A DNA stretch of 64,000 nt from a virus (Duplodnaviria > Caudoviricetes): positions 37,964-101,963 of the IMG/VR virus record IMGVR_UViG_3300012016_000699; one strand, given 5' to 3'. A model generated the notes under the pieces. It made no database searches and was not told where the DNA came from. It saw nothing but the letters and a program-made list of their open reading frames with translations. Positions 45,035-54,575 of this stretch are shown piece after piece (position 1 is the stretch's first letter; every line of letters begins with the position of its first letter). The translations under genes were made by a program, and so were the position numbers.

Positions 45035-45916
45035 TTATCTGTTGAATAGGTTATACGTTGCACTGACTGATATCGGTGCGCTTAGATACTTGGCGGCGAA
45101 GGATTTGTTACGGATGCTTTCCTTCCAGTAAACCTTCTTCTTCGCGTCGAGGATGATGTTTGAGGCCTTGGCCATGAACTGCTCCAGACTGATGAAGTCG
45201 TCCTTGTCAGTCACCTTCTTGTCGTAGTAGTCCTTGGCGACTCCGGAACGCAGCCCGATCTTGAAGAGGTCGCAGAACGGTGCGGCTGTCTCGATCACCT
45301 TCAGGGATGCCTTCGTGTCGATGACTGGTTCCACCGAGGCGAAGGTGCGGATATTGTGGTCCTTGAGGAACGCCATAGCACCGATACGCGAATCATTGGG
45401 CGATGCCCCGGGCTCCATTTCATCGTGGCCTGTCAGCGTGAAGCCGACGGCCAGCAGTCCTTTGTGTACTGCAGGGTCGAACATATCCCGCTCGTCCTCC
45501 TCCCCAAACAGCTCGTCCTCATAGGTACTGCCGGTACGCTCTGAGAGGAAACTTGCCCGCTTGGTGAGGATAGTGACGGGAATACTGCAGTCGAGACACA
45601 GCAGCGCTGCCCTGCGGGTCAGCATGAACGTCTCCCGCAGGCAGGGATCGGTGCTGAAGGAGAAGAATACGCCACCTTCCGCACGTACACGGAGGCGGTT
45701 GTCGAGCAGCTCCTTCTTGAACACTTCCAGCGCGTCGCGCTCGTTCTTGAAGCACTTCTTCAGATGTGGCTTGGTGTCCCAGACGCGGGCGAGACTGCCA
45801 CGCTTTAGGTAGCAGTAGTCGCAGTTATGGGAGCAGCCGGTGAAGAAGTTCGCTGCCCAGCGGTTGTATTCAGCAGCCTTTCCTTCTGGTTGGTAGAGTG
45901 CTTTACCTTTTGCCAT
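45035..45916 (-). CDS. Radical SAM protein
   Basis: GCSHNCDYCY (CX3CX2C), FSTDP, ILTK, SVEPVI. Confidence 0.88.
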   Translation of the reverse strand: MAKGKALYQPEGKAAEYNRWAANFFTGCSHNCDYCYLKRGSLARVWDTKPHLKKCFKNERDALEVFKKELLDNRLRVRAEGGVFFSFSTDPCLRETFMLTRRAALLCLDCSIPVTILTKRASFLSERTGSTYEDELFGEEDERDMFDPAVHKGLLAVGFTLTGHDEMEPGASPNDSRIGAMAFLKDHNIRTFASVEPVIDTKASLKVIETAAPFCDLFKIGLRSGVAKDYYDKKVTDKDDFISLEQFMAKASNIILDAKKKVYWKESIRNKSFAAKYLSAPISVSATYNLFNR

Positions 45917-45918
45917 AG

Positions 45919-46218
45919 CTAAAAGAGTTTGGTTTGTCTGTCATCATGTGTCTTCTTCCTGGCTTTCTCCTCAGCCTTATCCCTGCGGATGACGGCCATC
46001 GCGCCAGAGGCTGTCTTATAGCCGGAGCGTATGAGGAACTTCGTTCTCTCAATGCCTGCGGCTTTTACAACACCTACCCAGTCATGTCGGACAAGGTAGT
46101 TGGAGGCTCCGTCGATGAAGTACTCCTCTCCACCGATACGGATGCCTCCGTAATGCCTGGCGATGCTCAGCTGGTTATACTGCCAGTTGTCAGGACCTAT
46201 GAGGATTACCTTGGTCAT
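45919..46218 (-). CDS. Hypothetical protein ending QTKLF
   Basis: QLSIARHYGGI motif. Confidence 0.65.
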   Translation of the reverse strand: MTKVILIGPDNWQYNQLSIARHYGGIRIGGEEYFIDGASNYLVRHDWVGVVKAAGIERTKFLIRSGYKTASGAMAVIRRDKAEEKARKKTHDDRQTKLF

Positions 46219-46221
46219 TCT

Positions 46222-46719
46222 CTACTCCTTTGGGAAGGTTACACGGACAACTGTGGACGATGTCTTGGACGGACGTCTGACCTCACAGGTCTCTCCTGTT
46301 CTGGTGTCGGTGATGACGGCACCCTCTTCGGGCAGGCCCATGAGGAACTTCTGACGCTCCTTGATCTTCTCGTCCAGCTTCTCCTTCTCCTCGGCAAGGT
46401 CGTTGAACACCGGGTCGCCACATCCATCGAAGTCGTATTTCACGCCTCCCTCGCTGATGGCCACGATAGCACCATGGAACACGGGGGTCTCCTTGCCCCA
46501 CTTCATGCGCTCCGTGAGAACCTGGTCCACAAGGTTCGGATCCTTGATGGCTGCAGTCAGTGCATCAGCGACACCCTTCAGCTGCACGTAGGCGTTGATG
46601 GGCGACACGTTACCGTCGAGGACTTTCTTGACAAGAGCCTCAGCTACTTCCTTCTGCTTTACCTTGGTGATAATCACCTCATTGCCGAATATCGGCTGTA
46701 ACACATTCTGATTTTCCAT
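46222..46719 (-). CDS. Conserved Bacteroidota phage protein
   Basis: EGGVKYDFDGCGDP, RQKFL, TGE..P.KTS. Confidence 0.7.
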   Translation of the reverse strand: MENQNVLQPIFGNEVIITKVKQKEVAEALVKKVLDGNVSPINAYVQLKGVADALTAAIKDPNLVDQVLTERMKWGKETPVFHGAIVAISEGGVKYDFDGCGDPVFNDLAEEKEKLDEKIKERQKFLMGLPEEGAVITDTRTGETCEVRRPSKTSSTVVRVTFPKE

Positions 46720-46729
46720 AATTCTGCGT

Positions 46730-47854
46730 TTATTTATCGTTTAACAACATTGGCATGATAAGCATGACTACCTCGATGTCCTCCTTCTGCTCTGAAGGGA
46801 CGACGAGTGCGGCACGCGTCGGATCTTTGAGCTGGATGACAACTTCGGCACATGTGTAGTTGCTGAGGATTTCCACAAAGGTGGAACCCTTGAATCCGAT
46901 GCTCATCTTCTGTCCGTCATACTCGCACTTCACGGTCTCGGTGGCCGTCTTTGAGAAGTCGTAGTCCTCGGCATCCAGCTGGATCTTGCCACCATCGAAG
47001 GTGAAGCGGATGAGATAGCTGGAGATGTTTGAGAAGTTTATGACACGTTTCAATGCTGACAGCAGTGCCATGCGCTCCACCCGTGCCTGGTTGTGGTTGC
47101 CCTCCGGAATGACGGAGTTGTAGTTGGGATAGCGGCCATCGATAAGACGGAACGTGATGACCGTTGTGTCGTAGGTCATACAGCAGTTACGATCGTCGAA
47201 GTGCATCTGCACCTCCCCTGATTCCTTGTTTGATGTGACTCGAAGCAAGGAGACAACCTTCTTCGGCATGATGAACGCGCCGATGGTCTCGCTCTTGACC
47301 TGTGTGAGTCTGTTGCGTATTAGCTTGTGACCGTCACTGGCTACGATATCCATATGCTCTGGCGTGAAGTTAAGATACTCACCGTTCATAACTGGCCGCA
47401 GCTCGTCCTGGGCAACACCGAAGAAGGCCCGGTTGATACACTCGTTGAAGATACCCTTGTCGAGAGATTTATGGACGTCGCCGGATATCGCTACAGGCTT
47501 CGGGAAGTCGAGGGCATTCTCGATGGGAAGGGAGAACTGGCCGTTGAGGTAGTTGATCTTGACGACGTTCTTCACAGTGTCGACGTCAAAGGTAAGCGGC
47601 TGCTCTGCCAGACCCTTGACGGCTTCGATGATGTCGTGCGCTCCGATGGCGAAGGCACCGTCACCGTCCGCCTCCGTCAGTTCGATACCTGTCTGCATCC
47701 ATATCTCGCTGTCCGAGGCCATGAGGTGCAGCTCGCTGGAGCTGATTTCAAACATGATGTCTCCCAGTATCGGAAGGGAGTTCTTGCTGTTGATCACTTT
47801 GCCGAGGGCGATAAGCTTTGCGCCGAGGGCAGAACTTGATGCTGTAAATTTCAT
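46730..47854 (-). CDS. dnaN: DNA polymerase III beta sliding clamp (start revised to ATG 47854)
   Basis: KNSLPIL, DELRPVMNG, VASDGHKL, LIDGRYPNYNSVIP, LIMPM. Confidence 0.95.
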   Translation of the reverse strand: MKFTASSSALGAKLIALGKVINSKNSLPILGDIMFEISSSELHLMASDSEIWMQTGIELTEADGDGAFAIGAHDIIEAVKGLAEQPLTFDVDTVKNVVKINYLNGQFSLPIENALDFPKPVAISGDVHKSLDKGIFNECINRAFFGVAQDELRPVMNGEYLNFTPEHMDIVASDGHKLIRNRLTQVKSETIGAFIMPKKVVSLLRVTSNKESGEVQMHFDDRNCCMTYDTTVITFRLIDGRYPNYNSVIPEGNHNQARVERMALLSALKRVINFSNISSYLIRFTFDGGKIQLDAEDYDFSKTATETVKCEYDGQKMSIGFKGSTFVEILSNYTCAEVVIQLKDPTRAALVVPSEQKEDIEVVMLIMPMLLNDK

Positions 47855-47894
47855 ATTCTGTATGCTTTTAGATGAATGAATAATCTTAAAATGT

Positions 47895-47924
47895 CCGTCC
47901 ACGAACCTCACGGCCGGCAGACGG
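47895..47924 (-). other. Intergenic stem-loop upstream of dnaN
   Basis: ccgtc...ccgtgagg (GNRA loop)...gacgg. Confidence 0.5.
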
Positions 47925-47938
47925 CTCCGAACAAATTG

Positions 47939-48190
47939 TTATTTATGAATTTCACTCTTGTGCCTGTTGGCGTAAATCTTCAAGGCTGTCTTGTGGTTGC
48001 GTGCCATGATAGACTCACCGTGGATAATGAACTCATGCTCCTGGCAGTCCACATGGTAGAGCTTCTTTGCCCTCGTATTGTCACGGGGCTTGACCTCTGC
48101 AGGATGACGGAGGTCGAAATGATTATTGCTGGCTGCCATCATTGCAGCTGCCATCATCATTATGGTACCTCCTCTTAGCGACTTCTTCAT
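47939..48190 (-). CDS. Hypothetical protein
   Basis: EHEFIIHGESIMARNHKTALKIY. Confidence 0.65.
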   Translation of the reverse strand: MKKSLRGGTIMMMAAAMMAASNNHFDLRHPAEVKPRDNTRAKKLYHVDCQEHEFIIHGESIMARNHKTALKIYANRHKSEIHK

Positions 48191-48882
48191 GACTGGCCTC
48201 CTTTCTTATCAATTGTTGGGGCTGAATCATCTTCTCCGCGCTCGAAATCGACAACCTGTTTGACTTTCTCTTTAAGCGCTTTATGGATATATTGGATGTT
48301 CCAAATCATCTGGTCCACGTCACCCATAGGATCATGAAAGATGAGGGTGTTTTTCGGCTTTGGTATCACCGAATATGGGTCTTCGACCTCGCCGTACAAA
48401 AGACGAACACTTTCAAGGATATAGGTGCGGGAATCACGCAATGCGTCATGCTTCCAAGGCACTGCCTTGCGTCCCAATTCCGGGAACTCCTTACGCAATG
48501 CATAGCGTAGGACGGAGCCATCGAAGTCGGTGCCTTGCATCCAGACGTGAACCTCGTCAGACTTACTTTCTTCCAGTGTTTCCAGTACCCAATTCCGGAA
48601 CATCTGCAGCGCATCTTTAATATTCTTTAGGTCGCCGTTAAGTACTGCATCCTTTGCACTATCGGAGCGTTCCGACCACCACTGACATGTTTCCGTCTCA
48701 ATATGATAGTTATTGAGAGCGCATGACGTAGCGTTGATGTTTACCTTGAACTGTTTGACGAAATAGTTATCGTCGGTTTCATCCAGAGAAAACTCCTTAG
48801 CCGCGATGGAGACAATGGCGGCAGTGGGAAGAGTCGAGAGGGTTTCTATATCCACTCCGATGTTAATGATTTTTTCCTTCAT
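48187..48882 (-). CDS. DEDD 3'-5' exo(ribo)nuclease
   Basis: VDIETL, WMQGTDFD, RDSRT, HDPMGD. Confidence 0.85.
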   Translation of the reverse strand: MKEKIINIGVDIETLSTLPTAAIVSIAAKEFSLDETDDNYFVKQFKVNINATSCALNNYHIETETCQWWSERSDSAKDAVLNGDLKNIKDALQMFRNWVLETLEESKSDEVHVWMQGTDFDGSVLRYALRKEFPELGRKAVPWKHDALRDSRTYILESVRLLYGEVEDPYSVIPKPKNTLIFHDPMGDVDQMIWNIQYIHKALKEKVKQVVDFERGEDDSAPTIDKKGGQS

Positions 48883-48884
48883 AA

Positions 48885-49184
48885 TTATAATTCATATGAT
48901 TCTTTGATAATATTTGCAAGCTTCAGCATCCTGTCCGGCCTTCCCTTGGCTCCTTCGAGAACGATACGGGCGAACAGGTCGTAGATCATGTCGAAGTCTC
49001 CCTTGCCGTTCCCTGTGCTGATAGAGGCTCCGATGGCCTTGGCCAGCCCCTCAAAGTCTCCTCCAGGAGCTTCGACCATGGCGATGGCGTTCTTTCCTTT
49101 CGGGTCGAAAACCATCTGGAGGCCGACAAATCCGGCGTTCTTGACCTCGCTGCTGAACAGGATTGACATTAATGATAAGTCCAT
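48885..49184 (-). CDS. Hypothetical protein
   Basis: ORF. Confidence 0.6.
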   Translation of the reverse strand: MDLSLMSILFSSEVKNAGFVGLQMVFDPKGKNAIAMVEAPGGDFEGLAKAIGASISTGNGKGDFDMIYDLFARIVLEGAKGRPDRMLKLANIIKESYEL

Positions 49185-49197
49185 TGTAGTAGTATCT

Positions 49198-49620
49198 TTA
49201 TTCCCAGCGTATCTTGTTCACCCACTCGCGTACGGTCTTCATAAAGTCCTCCAGTGAACGGCAGACGACATATTGGAAGCCGAGCTCCGTTACCTTCTGC
49301 TCGAAGATCTTCTGGTTCTGGTTCTGCTTTCCTGTCTGGGTCTTCATCTCCACGAAGAGGATTTTCCCTCTGTCTCCGCAGATGGTGAGGTCGGCAGCTC
49401 CAGGGAGGATTCCTTCACGGAGCATCCAAATCATTTCCTTCTTGTCTCTGGTACCACCGTTTGGGACGGCGAAGATGACATACCTCGGGTACTGGAGCTT
49501 GAACCACTTCACGCAGGAAATCTGGATATCGCTTTCCTGGTGACCCTGCACCTTCTTGTGCTTCGTGGCTTTCTCACGCATGAGAAGTTCGTCAAATGAC
49601 ACTGGCTTTCTCTGGCTCAT
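49198..49620 (-). CDS. VRR-NUC domain nuclease
   Basis: ESDIQ, FAVPNGG, GAADL, FVEMKT..GKQ..Q. Confidence 0.88.
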   Translation of the reverse strand: MSQRKPVSFDELLMREKATKHKKVQGHQESDIQISCVKWFKLQYPRYVIFAVPNGGTRDKKEMIWMLREGILPGAADLTICGDRGKILFVEMKTQTGKQNQNQKIFEQKVTELGFQYVVCRSLEDFMKTVREWVNKIRWE

Positions 49621-50222
49621 TTCTTCTCACTTTCTGATTCTGGCCAAATGAAGTCAGCCCAAATATCGAGGAACTGCTTGCCAGCATATTCGGCCAACTC
49701 TCTCTTGACAAAGCAGAGACGCGCGCCGTAGTTCGTGAGCGAGTACGGCGAAGCGTAATTCGTGTTCGAGTAAGCCACACACGCGTGCGCATACGCGTAG
49801 TTGTACGAACGGCCCAACACATGGCCTCTCTCATCCTTACTCATCTTGTCGATCTCCTCCTGTGTGAAGAGCTCAAACCAGGGATAGTAGCGATACTCAT
49901 CTACGGTGAACTGAGGCTCCCAACCTTCATTGAGGGCGGCACAGATGATTCGGAGTTTGAGGAAAGCCCAAATGTCCTTATCATCTTTCACATCAGTGTC
50001 TTTGACGGCATAGCCATAATTGTCAAAGGCTCTGCAATAGGGATGATTTTCCCCAAGCGCTTGATAAGCATCGTCAAATGTCTTGATGCGCTCGGTGATG
50101 TCCTTTTTTACAAATAGATCCTTGCCGAAGAGGTTCTCCAGCAATTCTTTCCCTTCGTCTGAAGCATTGTCGTGTGCTTTCAGAGCATCCTCTTGCGAGA
50201 TTTCAATTTTCTTGGTTTCCAT
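49617..50222 (-). CDS. Early protein with a DGR-variable-region-like segment
   Basis: ITERIKTFDDA, ALNEGWEP, YYPWF; GRSYNYAYAHACVAYSNTNYASPYSLTNYGARLCF. Confidence 0.75.
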   Translation of the reverse strand: METKKIEISQEDALKAHDNASDEGKELLENLFGKDLFVKKDITERIKTFDDAYQALGENHPYCRAFDNYGYAVKDTDVKDDKDIWAFLKLRIICAALNEGWEPQFTVDEYRYYPWFELFTQEEIDKMSKDERGHVLGRSYNYAYAHACVAYSNTNYASPYSLTNYGARLCFVKRELAEYAGKQFLDIWADFIWPESESEKK

Positions 50223-50232
50223 AAGCTAAAAG

Positions 50233-50562
50233 TTATTTCTTGAACTTTGTTATTTTTGTTGCTAAGACATTCAAAGCCTCCTTTTCGTGGAACTGGCAAT
50301 AGCGGTCGTGGATAATCTCGTCGCCTTTGTAGATGCGTATGGCCGTGAGAATCTTATGGCCGTCGAGCTTCGTTCCCTTGTTTAAGGTGTTGAAGTCGAG
50401 GGTGGCCAAGCTCTCACGAAACTGCTGTACCTCTCCCGGGTTCTTCGGCCATGAGCGCTCGACAACCTTCTTGCGCTCGAAGAAGTCAAAATATTCCCAT
50501 TCTGCCATGTATTCAGGATGCCCGACCTTGCCGAGCAACTTGATATTAGATCCGCCTTCCAT
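50233..50562 (-). CDS. Hypothetical protein
   Basis: TAATG coupling. Confidence 0.6.
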   Translation of the reverse strand: MEGGSNIKLLGKVGHPEYMAEWEYFDFFERKKVVERSWPKNPGEVQQFRESLATLDFNTLNKGTKLDGHKILTAIRIYKGDEIIHDRYCQFHEKEALNVLATKITKFKK

Positions 50563-50795
50563 TATTTGTCCTCCTCATATTTGACGGCACGATAGATTGC
50601 GTAGAACATACCGGCGAACATGACATTGTGCCATGTGCCAGACCATACTCCTGCTACCAGGGCTGTGATGCCGAGGACGATGCAGATAACTTTGACGATG
50701 ACGTCACCGGGACTGCCGGTGAATACGCCTTTTGTCGAAGACTTAGGCTGTGCTTCAGTGCTCTGTGAGAGCGTTTGTTTGCTTGATTTTTCCAT
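50562..50795 (-). CDS. Small membrane protein (start revised to ATG 50795)
   Basis: Hydrophobic VICIVLGITALVAGVW; first gene behind promoter copy 4. Confidence 0.65.
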   Translation of the reverse strand: MEKSSKQTLSQSTEAQPKSSTKGVFTGSPGDVIVKVICIVLGITALVAGVWSGTWHNVMFAGMFYAIYRAVKYEEDK

Positions 50796-50927
50796 TTGTT
50801 CGGACTTTTTTAGAGTGATTATCATCTTATTTGCAATACAAAGATACAAAGAAATTATCAAATATGCAAGAAATTACGATATTATTTTATAATCCAATAC
50901 GTTAAAATGAGTTAATCATATTTACAA
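50796..50927 (-). promoter_or_regulatory. Repeated promoter/leader, copy 4
   Basis: TATCTTTG at 50839-50846; leader ends TCCGAACAAATG. Confidence 0.88.
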
Positions 50928-50933
50928 GCGGGT

Positions 50934-50973
50934 AAAAAGAAGGACTGCACGGCCCTTCACGGGAGGTGCAGCC
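50934..50973 (-). terminator. Terminator of the PRTRC operon
   Basis: ggctgcac..gtgcagtcc hairpin then ttcttttt on the minus strand. Confidence 0.7.
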
Positions 50974-51010
50974 ACAGCAGAAAAGTCCACTTCAACAAAG
51001 AAGTAAACCG

Positions 51011-51820
51011 TTACTTTCTTTCGGTAATCTTGATTGGATTCATCTGCATGGTTGTAAGGTTGAGGAACGCTCCCTGCACATCGAGATAACCGATGGAGAA
51101 CATCTTCCAGAGGATGGCCATGCCGGCATTGGCAATGGTCGAGTTGATAAACAGATCCTGTTTGGAGAGCGCCTCGGCCAGCGAGCAGCTGGGGCCTTGG
51201 TCTTTCTCCTTGACAGCCTTGAGGTCGAACAGCTCAGTCACATCTGGCAGCTTGGCCACACAGTCCTTGCGACCCTTCGGCTGGCCTATGCTGCGCTTTG
51301 GCGTGGTACCGAGCACTACCTGTCCCCTGTCGGCGAGGTTTCCCAAGTCGAGCCAGTAGTAAGTAGTCTGCTCGTCGAGTGAGTTTGAGGGGTGCTCGAG
51401 GCTGTCGCGTATCTCAAGCCTTGCAGCCACCGTGTCGACGCAAGATATCGTGATGTTGGCCAGCTGGCTTCCCTCCTTGTAGTACTCGCCGATGCTCTCC
51501 CACTTCGTGCCGAAGAAGAAGTTGAGCTTGGTGATGAGTGCCTCGGCCTTGTTCAGACCTATCTCCTGCTCGGAGAAGAGCTGGCGGCCGCAGTTGGCCA
51601 CTGTCACGATGTCCGCATCGAAGGCCGTTACGTGGAGGCCTGGATGTCCCAGCTTCTTCAGCGCATAGCTCATACGCCCGAGGGCAGTCAGGACCTGCGA
51701 TCCCGTTCCTCCGCAGCCGATGACGTTGACGGTCAGCTGATGGTACGGGTCAAGTATGTAGTTATGGACGTAGTGCCTCATGAAGCGCGGTGCGTCCTTT
51801 GTATCTTTCTTTTTCATCAT
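51011..51820 (-). CDS. PRTRC system ThiF/E1-like protein (start revised to ATG 51820)
   Basis: IGCGGTGS, ANCGRQLF, SCVD, WLDLGN, GQVVLG, PSCSLAEALSKQDLFIN; ATGA overlap. Confidence 0.92.
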   Translation of the reverse strand: MMKKKDTKDAPRFMRHYVHNYILDPYHQLTVNVIGCGGTGSQVLTALGRMSYALKKLGHPGLHVTAFDADIVTVANCGRQLFSEQEIGLNKAEALITKLNFFFGTKWESIGEYYKEGSQLANITISCVDTVAARLEIRDSLEHPSNSLDEQTTYYWLDLGNLADRGQVVLGTTPKRSIGQPKGRKDCVAKLPDVTELFDLKAVKEKDQGPSCSLAEALSKQDLFINSTIANAGMAILWKMFSIGYLDVQGAFLNLTTMQMNPIKITERK

Positions 51821-52539
51821 ATCGGGCTTTTCAGTAAACTGGAGAGTGTCGTCTTGCTGCGTTTCAGCACCTCGGTGGGGAACGGACACCCTTCCTTGAT
51901 ACATTTCTTGGTGATGACGGCGAGGTTGCAGTTGACGGGATTGTCGCCGTAGATGTGAGAGAACTCCGACTTCCAGAACATCTCCTCCCAGTAGGCGATC
52001 CACGCCTCGTAGGTGTCCTGTCTCGGTTTGCGTATCTTCGCCGAGCCGAGGCATACGGAGCCTTTGTTGACATTGAAGAACGGGGCCTCATAGAGGATGT
52101 TCCTCGGCTTGTGCCCCTTGAAGGCGAAGACATGCAGTGCGCCGCCGGAGGCGAAGTACACCATTCCTGGTACCCACATTTCCCCGTCTGGGATGCCTGC
52201 ATTCTTCGTGAAGTACAGTTTGCGCTTCTCTGGCGGTCGGTACCATACGAGGCGCTTGTTCGTGAGGTCGCTGGAGGCATAGAGCAGGTTCTTCGGGATG
52301 ATGCCGTGCAGGGCTGTCCTGCCTGCATCCTCCTTGGCGTACTTGCTGACGGTGGCCACCAGCTTGGAGAAGTCCTCGACGGTCAGCGGGTGCGCCGCCT
52401 CCATTTTCCCGTTTCGTATCTTACGGTGCTCCACATAGCATCCGTCGCCGTGGAGCTCGACGTCCGGCTTGTAGAATATCAGGGCGTCGGTGGGCTTGAT
52501 GTTAGCCCTCATTAGGTCTCTCAGTGTTGTCATACTCAT
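51817..52539 (-). CDS. PRTRC system protein B (prokaryotic E2 family D)
   Basis: HGIIPKNLLY, LVWY, APFFNV..GSVCLG, WEEMFWKSEFSH. Confidence 0.88.
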   Translation of the reverse strand: MSMTTLRDLMRANIKPTDALIFYKPDVELHGDGCYVEHRKIRNGKMEAAHPLTVEDFSKLVATVSKYAKEDAGRTALHGIIPKNLLYASSDLTNKRLVWYRPPEKRKLYFTKNAGIPDGEMWVPGMVYFASGGALHVFAFKGHKPRNILYEAPFFNVNKGSVCLGSAKIRKPRQDTYEAWIAYWEEMFWKSEFSHIYGDNPVNCNLAVITKKCIKEGCPFPTEVLKRSKTTLSSLLKSPI

Positions 52540-53719
52540 TAGTGTCAAACTTTTCTGCTGTCTGATAGAAATCCCTCAGCCAGTCACGGAACTTCGGTAC
52601 GTAACCGATACATGACTCGAAGTACTCCTGGCGGTCATGGAAATTCTTGTCACGTGTGATTGTCATCATGCTGCACCAGCCGAGCATCTCGTCGCAGCCG
52701 TTGTTGACTGCATCGAGGACGGACTCCCCGAAGGTGTCGTACTCGCTGTAGAAGATGAAGTTGAGCAGGCTCGTGGCCGTATAGTAGTTGTCGTCATCGT
52801 CGCTGACGCCGTCACTCTCCGGGTTCCACGTCCAGTCGTAGATGTTTATGTGATAGGCGATGTCAATTCCCTCATAGAGGACTTTCATCAGCTGCCACAC
52901 GTCGGACTTCTCCGGTACATCCCTGTACTTCTCGATGTAGTGGAGAAGATCGCTGGCCAGCACTTCGCCGTCGACCTGCAGGCTGTCTATCTCGTCGAAC
53001 AGCTGCTTGTACCTGCCTGTCCTGTAGTCCGTGATGACCTGCTTTCTGAAGAGAGCGTCCTTCTTCTCGTCCTCGTCGAGCTCGTCGAAGTTGGCATAAT
53101 CCCCGTACTCGTCGAAGAAATAGTCGGCCTGCGCCTCCAGGAAGAAGCTGTCGCCGTTCAGTCCGAGGCCGATGTTCGTCTGGCTGGAGAAGAACGACAT
53201 GAACCGCTTGAAGAGCATCGACTCCGTTTCTGGCAGTGTATCTGCAGGCCTCACGTACAGCTCGCCGATGGTGTAGTCCATGGCATCGCTGCAGGCATAG
53301 ACGGCGCAGTCCAGGATAGGCTCGTACTCGTCCTTGTGGAGCATGCAGCCGAAACCCATCGGGTCCAGCAGTGCCTCGAAGTTCTCCATGAGGTATTCGA
53401 GGCGCTTCACGCTGTCCTCACTCCTCTTGGGCCTGTAGGTTATCTTGAGGTCATGGGGAGCCAGGAAGCGGTTCATGGCCTTGCGGATCACCTTGTAGCT
53501 GCCTGCGAAGTCGATGTCATACTTGTCGAGGTGGCCGGATATGGGGATATCCTTCAGACCCTCGTTCAGAAAAGCAAAGGCGTGGCCTCCCTTGGAAGAA
53601 GGACGGGGTGATTGTTTTCTTCGCCCTCGTCCTCCATCCTGCGCAGGAAGTCCTTCCCTATCTCGCCGACGGCTCTGCACAGCGAGCAGTGGAAGTCGTT
53701 TAGTTGCTGCGGTTCGCAT
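52502..53719 (-). CDS. PRTRC protein F-like acidic helical protein
   Basis: Position between C and B; basic N-terminal extension; assigned mainly by synteny. Confidence 0.55.
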   Translation of the reverse strand: MRTAATKRLPLLAVQSRRRDREGLPAQDGGRGRRKQSPRPSSKGGHAFAFLNEGLKDIPISGHLDKYDIDFAGSYKVIRKAMNRFLAPHDLKITYRPKRSEDSVKRLEYLMENFEALLDPMGFGCMLHKDEYEPILDCAVYACSDAMDYTIGELYVRPADTLPETESMLFKRFMSFFSSQTNIGLGLNGDSFFLEAQADYFFDEYGDYANFDELDEDEKKDALFRKQVITDYRTGRYKQLFDEIDSLQVDGEVLASDLLHYIEKYRDVPEKSDVWQLMKVLYEGIDIAYHINIYDWTWNPESDGVSDDDDNYYTATSLLNFIFYSEYDTFGESVLDAVNNGCDEMLGWCSMMTITRDKNFHDRQEYFESCIGYVPKFRDWLRDFYQTAEKFDTNEYDNTERPNEG

Positions 53720-53726
53720 TTCTTCT

Positions 53727-53939
53727 TCATCCCTTTGTTCCTACTGTCGTCTTGAACTCATAGACGGCCTTGTCGCCCTCGATCTTCGGACCGTGGACGT
53801 TGCTGGTCGTCAGTTCCGGATAGGTGCCTGCATAGAACTGCATCACCTCGTCAGGGGACATGGACTTGTCTGGATCCTTGAGTGTCTTGGAGCCGTGCTT
53901 GAACACGCGCTGCAGACCTGTAACGTTTAGTGCTGCCAT
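53727..53939 (-). CDS. PRTRC system protein C (prokaryotic ubiquitin-like)
   Basis: RVFK..LKDPD..MSPDEV..FYAGTYPELT..GP..YEF..VGTKG ending in Gly. Confidence 0.92.
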   Translation of the reverse strand: MAALNVTGLQRVFKHGSKTLKDPDKSMSPDEVMQFYAGTYPELTTSNVHGPKIEGDKAVYEFKTTVGTKG

Positions 53940-53941
53940 AG

Positions 53942-54550
53942 TTATTCCTCCTCACCGTTTGAATCGTCTTCCTGTTCATCCTCGCTCTTCTCGGCAGGTG
54001 CCTTGCCCTTGCCTGGACTCAGCTTCTTGCCGTCGCTCTTGTCCTCGGTGCCTCCGAAGATGCCGCCTGCGCCGCTCTTCTCGTCAACCTCCTTCTTGAG
54101 CTTCTCACATGCGCCTTTGTCGGCACCAGGCAGGGCCTCCGCCTTGGCGATGACCGTGCGGGCATCCTTGAACTTGTTCTCATTGAGCAGTTCCTTGGCC
54201 AGTGCCAGGTGGTCGATGAACACCTGCTTCTGGTCGGATTCCTCCTTCTTCTTCTTGGTCTCCATCTCCGTCTTCTTGCGTGTCTCCTCGAGACTCTTCT
54301 CGAAAGCTCCCACCTCCTCCAGGAGGGTGAAGGCCTTCTCGACGGGAGCGAGGGCCTGCTCAAACTGCTCATCGAACTCCTGCGGGGTTCCGTTCATCAC
54401 TAACGGCTCCAGGGAGGAGACCGCCTTGTCCTTGACTCCAGACGTGTCGGGAATCATACTAAGAACGAGCTTTTCGCCGTTCTTACGGATGGTCATGTTC
54501 AGCTGCTGACCGTCCTGCATCTTCGATGCGATTAAATTAAAAAATTCCAT
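53942..54550 (-). CDS. PRTRC system protein E
   Basis: MEFFNLI..LVLSMIP..PLVMNGTPQEFDEQF. Confidence 0.88.
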   Translation of the reverse strand: MEFFNLIASKMQDGQQLNMTIRKNGEKLVLSMIPDTSGVKDKAVSSLEPLVMNGTPQEFDEQFEQALAPVEKAFTLLEEVGAFEKSLEETRKKTEMETKKKKEESDQKQVFIDHLALAKELLNENKFKDARTVIAKAEALPGADKGACEKLKKEVDEKSGAGGIFGGTEDKSDGKKLSPGKGKAPAEKSEDEQEDDSNGEEE

Positions 54551-54575
54551 AATAAATAATTATTTAAAAGGGTTA

